NCBI GenBank assembly: GCA_048013815.1 | Contig: CM106586.1 | Location: forward strand, 9,796,001-9,860,000 | Length of the DNA stretch: 64,000 bases | Direction: 5' to 3' | From: Setoptus koraiensis | Lineage: Eukaryota; Animalia; Arthropoda | Position numbers and translations under genes: made by a program | Shown here: positions 34,311 through 51,124 of the stretch, piece after piece | How the letters are laid out: each line of letters starts with the position of its first letter | Numbering within the stretch: the stretch's first letter is position 1 | The notes under the pieces: model-generated | Database searches by the model: none | The model's input: only the letters and a program-made list of their open reading frames with translations | What the model was told of the DNA's origin: nothing

Positions 34311-35956
34311 ATGTTTAAAAGACCCAATTGGCTAGGCCATTGGAATTCCAAGCCAAAGAATCCCCTGTCATTGGAGCATCTCAGATCGTTGTGTAATTTT
34401 ATGTCCAAGAATAGCACCGTCACAGAGCAAAACAAGACACTACTAGTGGAGACATTGCGATCAATTGCAGAGATACTGATATGGGGCGATCAGAACGACA
34501 GCTCCGTCTTCGAGTGAGTATGCCCACACAATGCACACCATCCATCTAATTAGCCACCCATCCAATTATCCATCCATCTAACTATCCATCCATCTAACTA
34601 TCCATCCATCTATCTATCCATCCATCCATCTATCTATCCATCCAACCCACTCGTATCGACAAACGCCGGCAAACGCCGGCAAACGCAATCAACAGCTTCT
34701 TCTTGGAAAAGAACATGCTCAGCTTCTTCTTGGACATCATGAAACAGAGGTGTGGCAGCTACGTTTGCGTACAATTATTACAAACGCTTAACATACTATT
34801 CGAAAACATACGCAATGAAACGTCGTTATACTATTTATTATCAAATAATCATGTTAACTCAATTATTGTCCACAGATTTGATTTCTCCGACGAAGAAGTC
34901 ATGGCCTACTATATTAGTTTCCTTAAGACGTTATCATTTAAACTAAATCCTCACACAATACATTTCTTCTTCAACACAAACGATTTTCCCCTATATACAG
35001 AGGCAATCAAATTTTTTAACCATAGTGAGAAAATGGTTCGCATAGCTGTCAGAACTCTCACCTTGAACGTTTTCAGGGTAGAGGAAAAGTCCATGCTCAA
35101 ATTTATTACGGACCAAACGGCTGTACCTTATTTTACGAATCTAATCAGGTTTCTAGGAGACCATGTTATTAATATTGAGAAATGTTTAAAGAATGGATAT
35201 CTGAATGATCAGCAGATGTTGAAACTAGATGATCTCTTCGCTGAACATCTTGATCATTTACATTATTTGAACGATATTTTATTATTGAAAATAGAAGATT
35301 TAAATCTTATATTATATAATTACCTAATGCATCGTCTATTAAAACCTCTAGTTGATGGGTACACGCAAAACTCAAACAGCAGCATGATAAGATTATTTAC
35401 ACTAGAATTCACCACTAACAGTCTGCAAAAGATTCTATCGACTAGTTTATGTTGCCAAGATGATGATGATGATGACGTTAATCATGGGAAAAAATCAGAG
35501 GATCGGCTTTCTAAGTCACAGGTCGAATTGATTGAAATAGCCAAACAAAAAGCTGAATCCAATGTCCGAACCTTATTCCATTCAGGCGACCAAATGACCT
35601 TTGTAGATATTTTTGAAAATGAATATAATGAAATGAGGCGGAAGCGCCTGAGCATAGACTATCTTTTGATGGATGCCAGACTGTTGCTTGATTTAAAAGA
35701 TAAAAACGTATCACCTAAACAGCCAAATCCCAAACAACAAAGCGACGACCGTACGAATCTTCATCAAAACAGTATTTCGCCAGAGGCAACACGTTATTCA
35801 CCCTTAACAAATGTTGAAAGAGCACGGCATACAATAAGAGATTTTTTACTTTGGCGACAATTGTTCCTAAACATCAGAAATGAGGAAGATACTGAGCTAC
35901 CTCTGGACGATACGCATTGGCTATCATTTGTGAAACTTCTTAAATGGGTTAGCTAA
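34311..35956 (+). CDS. CLEC16A: CLEC16A/Ema/GOP-1 homologue (FPL domain), 2 exons, ~487 aa
   Basis: LLVETLRSIAEILIWGDQNDSSVFD|FFLEKNML...VQLLQTLNILFENI...YYLLSNNHVNSII. Intron 34514-34695 (GTGAGT...CAG). Confidence 0.92.
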
Positions 35957-36023
35957 CCGGAACTAAAAATTTTACAAAAACATAAAGTATATCTCAGCGT
36001 GATTAATTTCGATTTTAGTAGAT

Positions 36024-37823
36024 TCAATGGCTGACAGTGAGAGACTGATATTTCGTTTTGAGTTCCGCTAACTTGGTGCACTCGTGTCCAATAATATTTC
36101 TATAGTTGGATCCAGCCAGTGGCAGTATCTCATTAAGGAGAAATTTGGCATTAGCCGCCATGAATTTCTTCATAGATAATACTTTTGTCTTGGTGATGGC
36201 AGATTCAATAGATTCAAGCTCTATTTGGAATGCCTCTGTTATATCGCTGACTAAGCTTTCAGTAGCAGGATTTGACAACTTTGCAATTTCAAATGAAATT
36301 GAGAAAATGAGAATAAAGTATTAAATTTAAAAAATAGATAGCATGTATATCACAGTTAATGTATTAATGATACTAACCTTAGCTAAATCTTTGACTGTGG
36401 TGAGAAATAATCTGGCGAATGATACTGTTGCCGCGGTGAGTGATAGTTTAAAATCCTTGTCTATGTAAGTGCGCATATTTTTGAGTCCAAGGTCGTTCAT
36501 CTCATCTAGAAATCTAGCTATATGTGCTTTGTTGGTGAATTTTTGAGGCTTCCACAACTCCTCGGCTGGCTGGTTTTTGATTGTGTCAATCAATTTTTTA
36601 TGACATTCATTAGTGACACGTTCGATGTCATTGTGCAAGTGATGATCAAAGCAAAAAGTGAGATCAACTCCAGCGGCATCTCTCAGTTTTGGGCATTGCA
36701 TGCGTACATTATGAACAGACTCTGCAATGACTGATAATGATACATTGGTTCCGAACACGTGTTTTTTAAAGGTAGTTAAAAAGTGCTCAAACTCATAACT
36801 AGTCCAGCTAGCCATACAAGCGAAAGTAGGTCGACGATGATCATATGATGGTTCAATCCCATTGGAATCTACTGGTTGAGTTAGATTATTGAACGAGCTT
36901 TGCGTGTAACCATCTGTATCTGGATAAGGATTAGAAATTAGTAAAGTGTTGCTAGTTGTGGTATTGTCCAGAAATTCTCCAACAATGTCGTCAAGTTGGA
37001 AGCCTCGACGGAATTCTTTGCAAGTGTCTATCACAGTATTGATGAAAATAGAGCTTATACGCTTAATGTATTGAAAAGTGCCTAAGGTATCAACTTCTTG
37101 CTGTTTGATGACAAGATCTAGGAAAGCACTTCTTTGGTTCAAGAATAGTCTAGCAGCTAGAGAGGATTTATTTAATTTTGACAGTGATCTTATTGCACTG
37201 ATTGATCGAGGTCCGTCCCGCATAGTACGATCAATAGAAGGTTGTAGTTCTTTAGAGATCGCATCCACCAGATCCTGGATATTTTTGTCGATCTCAAGTT
37301 TGAGATCTGATAAAATTGAAGGCTCAAGACGCCTCTGGACAGTTTGATATTGATCGGTCACTTTTAAAGCTAGATTGACTGCCTCCTCAAAATCACGTTT
37401 GCCGATCAAAACATCGAATTTTTCGGACATTCCATCGAATTTTTCAAATTCCACAGCAAATTCTCTTTGAATTGTGGCCAGTTCATCTTGTCGAAGCTTG
37501 GCCTGATCTGTAGCTTCGAATTTTTCATTTGTTGCTAGTCCACTATCATCAGTGATGGAGATCTCAAGCAACTGACTCATATCTGCCTGTTGTTGTTGAA
37601 ACAAATTGTTCAATTGATACATTTCCATTTTGAGAGACTGTATCTCTTTCGATAGACCAATAAATAAAGAGTAATTTTGCTGAATATTGTTCTTCAATTG
37701 AGCATTGGTCTGGTCATGCAACTCTTGTAATTTTTGCTTCTTGTTCAACAGCAACTCCAAGTTCATGGAGGATTTGGGTTGGTCAAATATTTCATTCTGT
37801 AATTCCTCCATTGTTTGATCCAT
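36024..37823 (-). CDS. EXOC8: Exocyst component 8 (Exo84), 2 exons, ~566 aa, no PH domain
   Basis: LKNNIQQNYSLFIGLSKEIQSLKMEMYQLNNL, FDVLIGKRDFEEAV, ELQPSIDRTMRDGP, LFLNQRSA, GVDLTF match Exo84 segments. Intron 36279-36377. Confidence 0.88.
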
Positions 37824-39411
37824 GATTGCGACAATTTAAAATGTAATAGACTCAGCTAATCCGATCGAGATGTAGATTACATAATAAGGGAAAAATATCA
37901 AACCTTGATGACTGAAAGTTTCTGCCCACAAATGAGAAAAGACACTTCGGGGACGCGCGAGAATTAAATTTTGTATTCACGAATTGTGAATATCAGTGCA
38001 TTGATATTCACGTTCCGATATTGAGTACATGGGCATGTGAATACTAGTTGGACGTCATTGAATTAGTCCACGAATGAATCACGCGCTCAGGTGCATCAGA
38101 GTGGCAACGAGCTTGTTGAATGTAACGGATCATAATCGATTGCGAGTTTTGTTTCCATAGATACCACGATGGAATAAAAAAACCACTTATTTCTTTATCA
38201 GTTTGTCGCCATTTTCACGCAATTATATTTATGTCGCAACACAATTCCCGTTTTACCTTGTTAATTGCATTGTGTGTTACGTTAAGAGGGAACTGTTATA
38301 AACAATAGAAGATATCGCACATTCAAGTGTTGCAGCATCGCTATAAATGATGACGATTGTCACCCACAGAGAGTATCAATCCGATCTGCTAAACTGCTTC
38401 ATGATGATGTTATAATAGTTGCTAGACAAGTTAGTTAGTGGTAGATTTTATACGATGATACGATGAGCTTCAAGTGGGGTGATGATATTGACATTAATAT
38501 TGAATAGTGTGTGTTGTATTTTAGTTTTCTATGCTGTTGACATTGATAATTAGAAGCGAATCTGATGACATTACTTTTTGTCTATCCAACAATTTATGTT
38601 GTAGACATCGTTAAACTTCGCTATGGAAGATATATGATTGCATCAAAAACCTATTAACAGATCGTATCGAGGTTATTAGCTTGTCATCCAATCCGTGATG
38701 GAGTCAAACATAATGTAATAATATATCATTATTCTTATGTATACATGCAACCATTGAATGTGGAATCACGTACAAAGGATGTGGACGTGGTGAAATGAAA
38801 TCATTCTGCTAGCTTTGTCGTACAGAGTAAATAGTTTTGTATTCTGCGAATAGATATACACACAACTATGATGAACTAGACTGTTGTTCAAACAGGAAAT
38901 GTGTCCAGGTATAATTAGATAATGTCGGTTTCGTCTGATTAGTACGTAAGAGGGGGACGGGGTGGTTGTTTCCCTGCAATCATAACGTTTATCACAGTTG
39001 ATGAGCTTGTGATAGACCTGATGTGACTCACTGATGGCAACAACAACAACAAAAAACACTATCTTCATGATTGATTAACTACTCTCTGATCTATGACTAG
39101 GATGACAATAGACACCATAAAATTGTTTCGCAATAACAAACAAATCAATCATCATTGATGTTGCAGTGATATTATTCAATCGCATTCGTTCAATGCCAAC
39201 CATAGATCTGATAGTGTGAGTTGAGAAACGAGCGAATTCGTCGTTGCTATATAAATAAAGAAAGTAGTGCGAATAACGTTCAGTCTTCATTTAAAACCAA
39301 CTTCAGAAAGCTTCGCAATTATTTTGTATCAAAAGAGTAATAGCTGCTGTATATTCGAGAAAGATATATTGAGGTGAACTGTTAAAGGAAGAGAAACTAA
39401 TAAACGAAAAC

Positions 39412-39903
39412 ATGTCTTCAATGCATCAAAAAGTGACTTGTGTCTTAGGTAAGCTTTTTGAATCGAACATTCAACATCAAGTATAGATTTGTTGCCTAGT
39501 TTTTTAAATCTTTGGTGAACTAACGTAGTATCATTTTTGTTCCTTTACTCATTACTTCTAAGTTGTTACTATCTTGCTGGTTAGTACAACTTTTGCAGCT
39601 CCATCAGCTCAGCCTAGTGATCGAAGCGACCAAAAAGACCAAAAGCAAACTAACATGGAGGAGTTAATAATGTTGAATCCAAATGAGGTCTATCTTAGCG
39701 GTGCAGACTGTAGAGATGACGAGAGGGTGGTATTGGGTATGTTGCCCGAATGTGAACCAACCTGCGATGATCCAAGACCAATCTGTCCAAGGATATTCAC
39801 CGTTCTGGATAAGCCATTTTGTTTCTGTAATGAGCCATTAGTTCGTCACAAAAAATCAAACCGATGTGTTCCGCTAGATCAATGTGAATCTATCAATCAA
39901 TGA
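39412..39903 (+). CDS. Secreted TIL-domain (trypsin inhibitor-like) protein, 2 exons
   Basis: Exon 39412-39448, intron GTAAGC...AAG, exon 39563-39903; signal peptide; CEPTC...IC...CFC...LVR...RCVPLDQC. Confidence 0.8.
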
Positions 39904-41387
39904 TCGCTTTGTAACTGCACAAAGTGTTGACCAAAGTGTTATTATTACCAGTGTATTATTATGGCATTAATGCATAACTCTATGTGTATATAAAAAGTTG
40001 ATTAACTTGATAATTTCACCAAAAGTATCACTACACAAATAGCTGTAGTATCATATCAGTGACATTCAAGGAGACAGTGCTGATTAATGAGAGAACGTCA
40101 GGATGTATGTTGAAACTCGGCAATATATCGCCGAACACCCAGTCAGAGTTCATTTCAGTGTTGTTAGCCAGGCTAAGTTAGCCTTCATTGTTTGTAGAAG
40201 GGCTGCATTATTTTAGAACTAAACGAAATGAAATTGTCTTTTTTCCTTCAGAAATCCATGAGTTTGGCCTCATTGACAGACTATAGAGGGAGAGAGAGAG
40301 AGAGAGAATGTGTGATGAATACTCTTGGACCTGATTGGGGATCAATCATCGAGCTAGCAAACAAACAAAAGTTGCAACTTGCTTGCATCAGCTCAACTCG
40401 CAACCTGTGCGCTCAGGTGAAAAACCCAAAATTCTTGTCACTGTCCTAATCCCGTTTCGCGCGTTATAACCCACATCCGACTTGTGCACCGGGTTATTTC
40501 GTGTCAGCAATCAGGTGATCGAGCAAATGTTTACACTTGTTTATTGGCAAGCTTACACACAATCAGAGGCAATGTAAATAATTTATACCAAATATACAAC
40601 AAGATCTTATTTACCTTTTCTTCGTTGTAACTATTAGTCATCAGCTATACTTTACACTGACAGCAACCGCGACTAATATTATTTTTATTATTATTTATTA
40701 TTACTACATTGCATTGCATATTGATTAGCAGCTACTTAATTATGTGTTGCTCCATATTGGAACCATATTACGCCATAGATAAATATTGTTTAAATGATAG
40801 TATATTTTCAATGTAAACTTGTCAAACAGGCACACGAAATAATGTTACTACGATTATCAACAGTCATCCAATCGTTTCCATTGGATTGATTGTAGAGGAC
40901 ACTACTGCTGGCAAAGCTGCTTACTCAGATGATTGTTAGTTAGACCATAAGGTCTGTAAAGAACAAGGTAAACAAAGAACAGAAAAAAAATCATCGCATA
41001 TTACAATATCATTCCATGGATAAATATATGATAATTGGTCTTCGGAAGCCATTATAGTGTTATTCAATTTGTTACCACCAGGATTCAAATTCTGCAAATC
41101 TCTATCAAGATCTCAAATCCTTTATCACTTGTTACTATTACAGCAACCATATGGCGTTTGACTTTGGAATGCTGAAGAAAGAGAATTCAACATATATACT
41201 TAAAAATAACCATTACAGAATATGATGCAATGAATCAACCATATGATATAATTATCTCAGTATCAATATATATCAAAAAGTATATTCAATTATTTATTCA
41301 ACTGCTAACTGATGGCAACTATGTGGTATAGTCACTAATGATAACTAAGATTTTACGCGAAAAAAAGACTTCTAATTAATACGCAAT

Positions 41388-44030
<2,643 letters not shown>

Positions 44031-44856
44031 ATTTAGTTGTGCAAGTGACAATGACATTGACATATTGGACTGGTTTCGATCATTGAGTGTAATTTGCTAG
44101 CTGAATGCGGCCGAAGGATCTCAGATATATATATAAATATATATATCTATACATCAAAATACACTGATGTATTTATTTACACTTTCTTACATAAACATTG
44201 TGGCTCGAAGGAAGGAAACTAATATTTATTTATCTATCGTTTGGTATTTGCTCGCGTATATTCGGCTACTAACATGGAAAAGTAATTAGTGACCAATTTA
44301 GGCGAATATCTTTACTTAATTACTATTGTACTTTAACGTTTTCTTCATGTGAGGCTAAACTGAATGTTCGGATAAATCTATCAAGTGCGAGAACTCTAAA
44401 ATCTGACAAAATATTGTAAGATGAGTCCGACTGAAATTGAGCACACTGATTAGAAAAATTGAATCTTAACTTTTCAATTCGATTTCTTGAAAATTGTTTG
44501 CATTGGGGTGCTGAAACATTGCAGTTTTTCCACCACAATTTTTACATGTTACTCAACCCACGATTTCAGTGGTAATCTTGCTGGCATTTTGTTCTGATTC
44601 AATGCTGGTACTGGTGATATTGGATTGTTCGTATGTGATGCTGGTGAAGTGAAACAAATATGAGTTAAGTGTGTATAAATCAATAAGTTAGTGCCGATAC
44701 GGTGTTAGTGAGCCGCCACAATCTTTGGTTAATCTGCTGTTTAGATTGGAAAAAATACGCCACTTGTTGTTGTTGTTGCTGTGTCGTGATGAGTATCCAT
44801 TATCTCGTAGCCGCTGTTGTTCACTTTCATCGATATGCTAACCTTTGATTAAATAG

Positions 44857-45788
44857 GAGGCTCTACGGATTATTACGCGAGCATAAACCATGCTATGAAT
44901 GTTGGCCAAATGTTTCGCGGGCCAGGCAATGAACTGATGCCAAACTACAAGCATCTTCCTGTTGCCTACCATGGACGTGCCTCGTCAGTAATAGTCTCAG
45001 GGACACCAATTGCCAGACCACCCGGTCAGACAAGCCCCGATGCGGGCTCCTCCAAGCCCAACTTCGGTCCATGTCAAAAGCTTGATTTCGAGCTAGAGAT
45101 GGGTGTCTTTATAGGGGGCAAGGGCAATCTGTTGGGTCACCCCATTCGCATGGCAAACGTCGAGGACTATCTTTTTGGAATGGTGCTACTCAACGATTGG
45201 AGCGCGAGAGACATTCAATTGTGGGAATATCAACCTCTGGGTCCATTCACAGCGAAAAACTTTGCCACCACAATAAGTCCGTGGATTGTGACATTTGATG
45301 CTTTGCAACAATTCAAGGTTCCCAACCATAAACTAAACACCGAACCTGAGCGTTATTTGCAGCATGATGACAATTTTAACTTTGATATCAACTTAGAAGT
45401 TTTAATCAGGCCTAATGGAATAGATAATCTGATGCCTATTTGCCATTCAAATTTTTCACATTTATTCTGGACAGTGAAACAAATGCTAGTCCATCACACA
45501 ATTACTGGTTGCAATATGTGTCCGGGAGACTTGATTGGAACAGGAACCATTAGTGGTCCGTCTTCGGGAAGTTATGGATCCTTGTTGGAAATATGTTGGA
45601 AAGGAACAAAACCGTTGAACTTTAGCAACAACATCACACGATCTTTTATTGGCGACGGAGACGAGATTGTCATGAGGGCTTTCAGCCAGGGAACCAGCTA
45701 CAAGATTGGCTTTGGCGAATGCAGCGGCATAATATTACCGTCGAAAGTTTACGCGTCTAGGCCATCTATTGTTATAGATCAATACTGA
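44857..45788 (+). CDS. FAH: Fumarylacetoacetase catalytic-domain exon (N-terminal domain not found)
   Basis: STDYYASINHAMNVG, HLPVAYHGRASS, LDFELEMG, LNDWSARDIQ, PLGPFTAKNFATTISPW, GDLIGTGTISG. Branch-like CTAAC and TAG acceptor at ~44838-44856. Confidence 0.88.
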
Positions 45789-46321
45789 ATTGATTGGTAA
45801 AAAACTAGATATAGTTTATATATTACAATCTATACATATTATACATAGTATAATATATAATATGATGCAACATTCTCTTGTTAGATTTTCAGTCAGCTGA
45901 AGCGTTTTCTAGGCGTTGCCGCACGACGAATATACTGGATTTAGTACACGTTGGTTATATGCACAGCTCAGGTGGTTGTTGTTGTTGCTCGCTGTGTTCA
46001 GTGCATTCAGTCTACAAGTGACCACCACAGGTCTAGCAACAGATAATTTTTATTTAATTAAGAGGCAAAATGCACTTCATTTCCAGCAAGCTGTAATCAG
46101 TGAGAAAATTTCCAATTCAATCTGTAACTATTTTTAGATTTCGACGACCGACCATAATTCAATGACTGTCAAGTAGCATGTGAGAAAGTCCGGCGTAGAT
46201 ATACGAAATTCGACATGACAATCTAAACAGAGGCCATATGAACTGAAGAATCAATTAGCCTTACTATTTGACACTATATTCATTTTTACTAAGACAGCAC
46301 TCATAATAACACCAATTCAGA

Positions 46322-46837
46322 ATGCCAAAAAGCTGTTGGGCCCCGTGTTTCAGATTGGGCGAGGATACACTGCCATCCAGACCAGCAACAATTTTGATAG
46401 CTTGGTACACTTTTGTATTGCATGTTTTATCCCTTGGTTACTTCATCGGCATCGCCAAAGGCCAAAGAAGTGACGAATTTTATTCTCCCTTGTTCGAGTA
46501 CGGAAATCCAGATCTGTCGATAATGGCCACGATAGCAGCGATATATTCTGGAATATACCTGATACTGGGTTCTCTGGGATTGATTAGAGGCGTTAATACC
46601 AACACACGTATTTACTATTTTCCATGGCTCTGGCTGACTGCACTAGAAATATTGTATCTTATATGGCATGGGTCATATTTGACGTGGAGGTACTATCACA
46701 ATTCTTACGCTATCATGGCAACAGTTATTATATACATCTATACCGTCTATCACTCCTACTTATACTCTGTAGTTCTATCGAATTACTATCATTTGAAGAG
46801 GATACAAAATCCAACACTTATATTTCTACAAGACTAG
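46322..46837 (+). CDS. Four-TM membrane protein, DUF4728/LAPTM-like (171 aa)
   Basis: N-terminal KSCWAPCF, four hydrophobic helices, motif LIRGV...YYFPWL. Confidence 0.65.
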   Translation: MPKSCWAPCFRLGEDTLPSRPATILIAWYTFVLHVLSLGYFIGIAKGQRSDEFYSPLFEYGNPDLSIMATIAAIYSGIYLILGSLGLIRGVNTNTRIYYFPWLWLTALEILYLIWHGSYLTWRYYHNSYAIMATVIIYIYTVYHSYLYSVVLSNYYHLKRIQNPTLIFLQD

Positions 46838-47292
46838 ACGAGGCCCCACAGTGGGATAAATATCTATCATCTCCTTCAAACACTAAAATATATTAATACT
46901 TCTAATTAACCGCAATGCCTGACTCATCCACCTAACCTATTGAGCAAAACGATTCCGGCAAACCAAGTTAGCATCATGGAAGCCATATTCATGGTTCGCT
47001 ACTAAGGAAAAACGAATATAATGAAAAGACTAGACTGGAGCAGCTTCTAGGGAAAAAGATGTTTAGCAATGTATTTGGTTTGTATCTGAAACTTCTTTGT
47101 TTAAAATTTTATTGAGATAAATTTAGTATGAAATATATTATTTATGAAAAGGCGAACCGTCGGTCAAAAACGCACATTATTATCGATTTTATTCCATAGT
47201 ATAGTTTAAAATCAATGTGTGAATCCTTAAAATGTTGCTCACATGCATACCTCAATCATGATATGATTTCAAAATTTCGAATTTATTAAGGT

Positions 47293-49728
<2,436 letters not shown>

Positions 49729-49885
49729 TTTGAGTATGAAATTAGGTGTGCTTGTGTCTATCACTAAATATTTGATAATTTTTTAAAAATTCTATAGCTT
49801 TTTAAATCTTTGGGTTTTAAACAAGGATCGATCCGAATGAGTGTTAAACGCCCAAGGTGCAGGCTTGTGTGTCATTGGTGCGATG

Positions 49886-49894
49886 TTTTGGCGC
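49886..49894 (+). promoter_or_regulatory. E2F-type site TTTTGGCGC upstream of MCM7
   Basis: Matches TTTSSCGC about 160 bp upstream of the MCM7 ATG; MCM genes are classic E2F targets. Confidence 0.4.
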
Positions 49895-50362
49895 CATTCC
49901 TTTCTTTGTTTTGATTTCTGTGCAGGTCCCTAAGAGAAAGGTATGTGAGTGAGTAGAAAAAAGCTCTTTTTCAAGTGACTACTGTGCTGAGCGGCCACGG
50001 GTAGTGTATGTCGGGCTACGCCTTTTTCTTGTACCTTGAGCGGGTGTAAGTTAGAAAGGACTATTTAGTACGTGAATGTGAGCAATACAGTCGAATATTC
50101 TAATTGTCTTTTGTTACAATTGCGTCATAACTGCCCTCTCTTCGATTGACAAATGGATAATTTGAACAAAAGCCGGGCCTAGAACGGGTACAGTTCACGG
50201 GTGTATGCCCGTACGGGTAGAAAGGTTTTGAGTAGGCGTGTGAACTGCGCAGGCACGACATAAACAATAGTCCTGTGCACGCACCACAAAGGTGCTTTGT
50301 GCATGTGCTCATAAAATAAATATTCACGTTTAAATGGTCATATGTTTCTATTGGCAGTGCCC

Positions 50363-50585
50363 TATCGACAAACGCAATATTTCCGAGGATAGAAAATCTT
50401 TCATCATCATCTACCATCACTATAGATATCACTATAATATTATAATTGTTACCAATACCGTATTATTCTGAGAATGCTTTATTTGCGTGCAGCCAGAGGA
50501 TTTAGACCTCTCTTGAACGGCTGTAGGACATTAAAAACGGAGACTGCATCGTCACCTTCATCATGTGACGTTCATGGACACAAAG
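50363..50585 (+). repeat. Citrate-synthase-derived 5' flank and presequence, recipient copy
   Basis: 82/91 nt identical over the first 91 coding bases versus 7020-7110; flank similarity continues upstream. Confidence 0.92.
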
Positions 50586-51124
50586 CCAAGACCGATTTCA
50601 GAAGTGTTACCGCACATCCAGACTGGGAAGATTGGAATGTTATCGGAAAAAAAATAACCAGCTCCGTGCTTTGGTCCGAAATAGTTCGTGGTAGTCTGTT
50701 AACGTTGGGAGCTTTCTTCAAGGAGCCAGCCACCATCAACTACCCATTCGAAAAAGGACCCTTGAGTCCCAGATTCAGAGGCGAACATGCACTTAGGAGG
50801 TATCCAAATGGTGAAGAGCGTTGTATAGCTTGCAAATTATGCGAGGCCATTTGTCCAGCTCAGGCAATCACTATCGAGGCAGAGGAAAGAGCAGATGGTA
50901 GTAGGAGAACAACTCGTTACGACATTGACATGACTAAGTGCATATATTGTGGCTTCTGTCAGGAGGCTTGCCCAGTGGACGCCATAGTGGAGGGTCCGAA
51001 TTTCGAATACTCTACAGAGACTAGAGAGGAATTATTATATAATAAGGATAAACTATTGACTAATGGCGACAGGTGGGAAGCCGAGATAGCAGCCAACATA
51101 GAAGCGGATCACCTGTATCGCTGA
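50474..51124 (+). CDS. NDUFS8: NADH:ubiquinone oxidoreductase core subunit S8 (TYKY), intronless, chimeric N-terminus
   Basis: [27 protein letters not shown], two 4Fe-4S motifs [12 protein letters not shown] and [13 protein letters not shown]-terminus ADHLYR. Confidence 0.98.
   Translation: MLYLRAARGFRPLLNGCRTLKTETASSPSSCDVHGHKAKTDFRSVTAHPDWEDWNVIGKKITSSVLWSEIVRGSLLTLGAFFKEPATINYPFEKGPLSPRFRGEHALRRYPNGEERCIACKLCEAICPAQAITIEAEERADGSRRTTRYDIDMTKCIYCGFCQEACPVDAIVEGPNFEYSTETREELLYNKDKLLTNGDRWEAEIAANIEADHLYR

Noticed and set aside
38766-39068. ORF with a signal-peptide-like start
   Set aside because: The hydrophobic stretch comes from a (GTT)n run; the spliced version stops early and no family is recognisable.
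44323-44538. 71-aa minus-strand ORF upstream of FAH
   Set aside because: Non-ATG start, no motif, no consistent upstream exon found.
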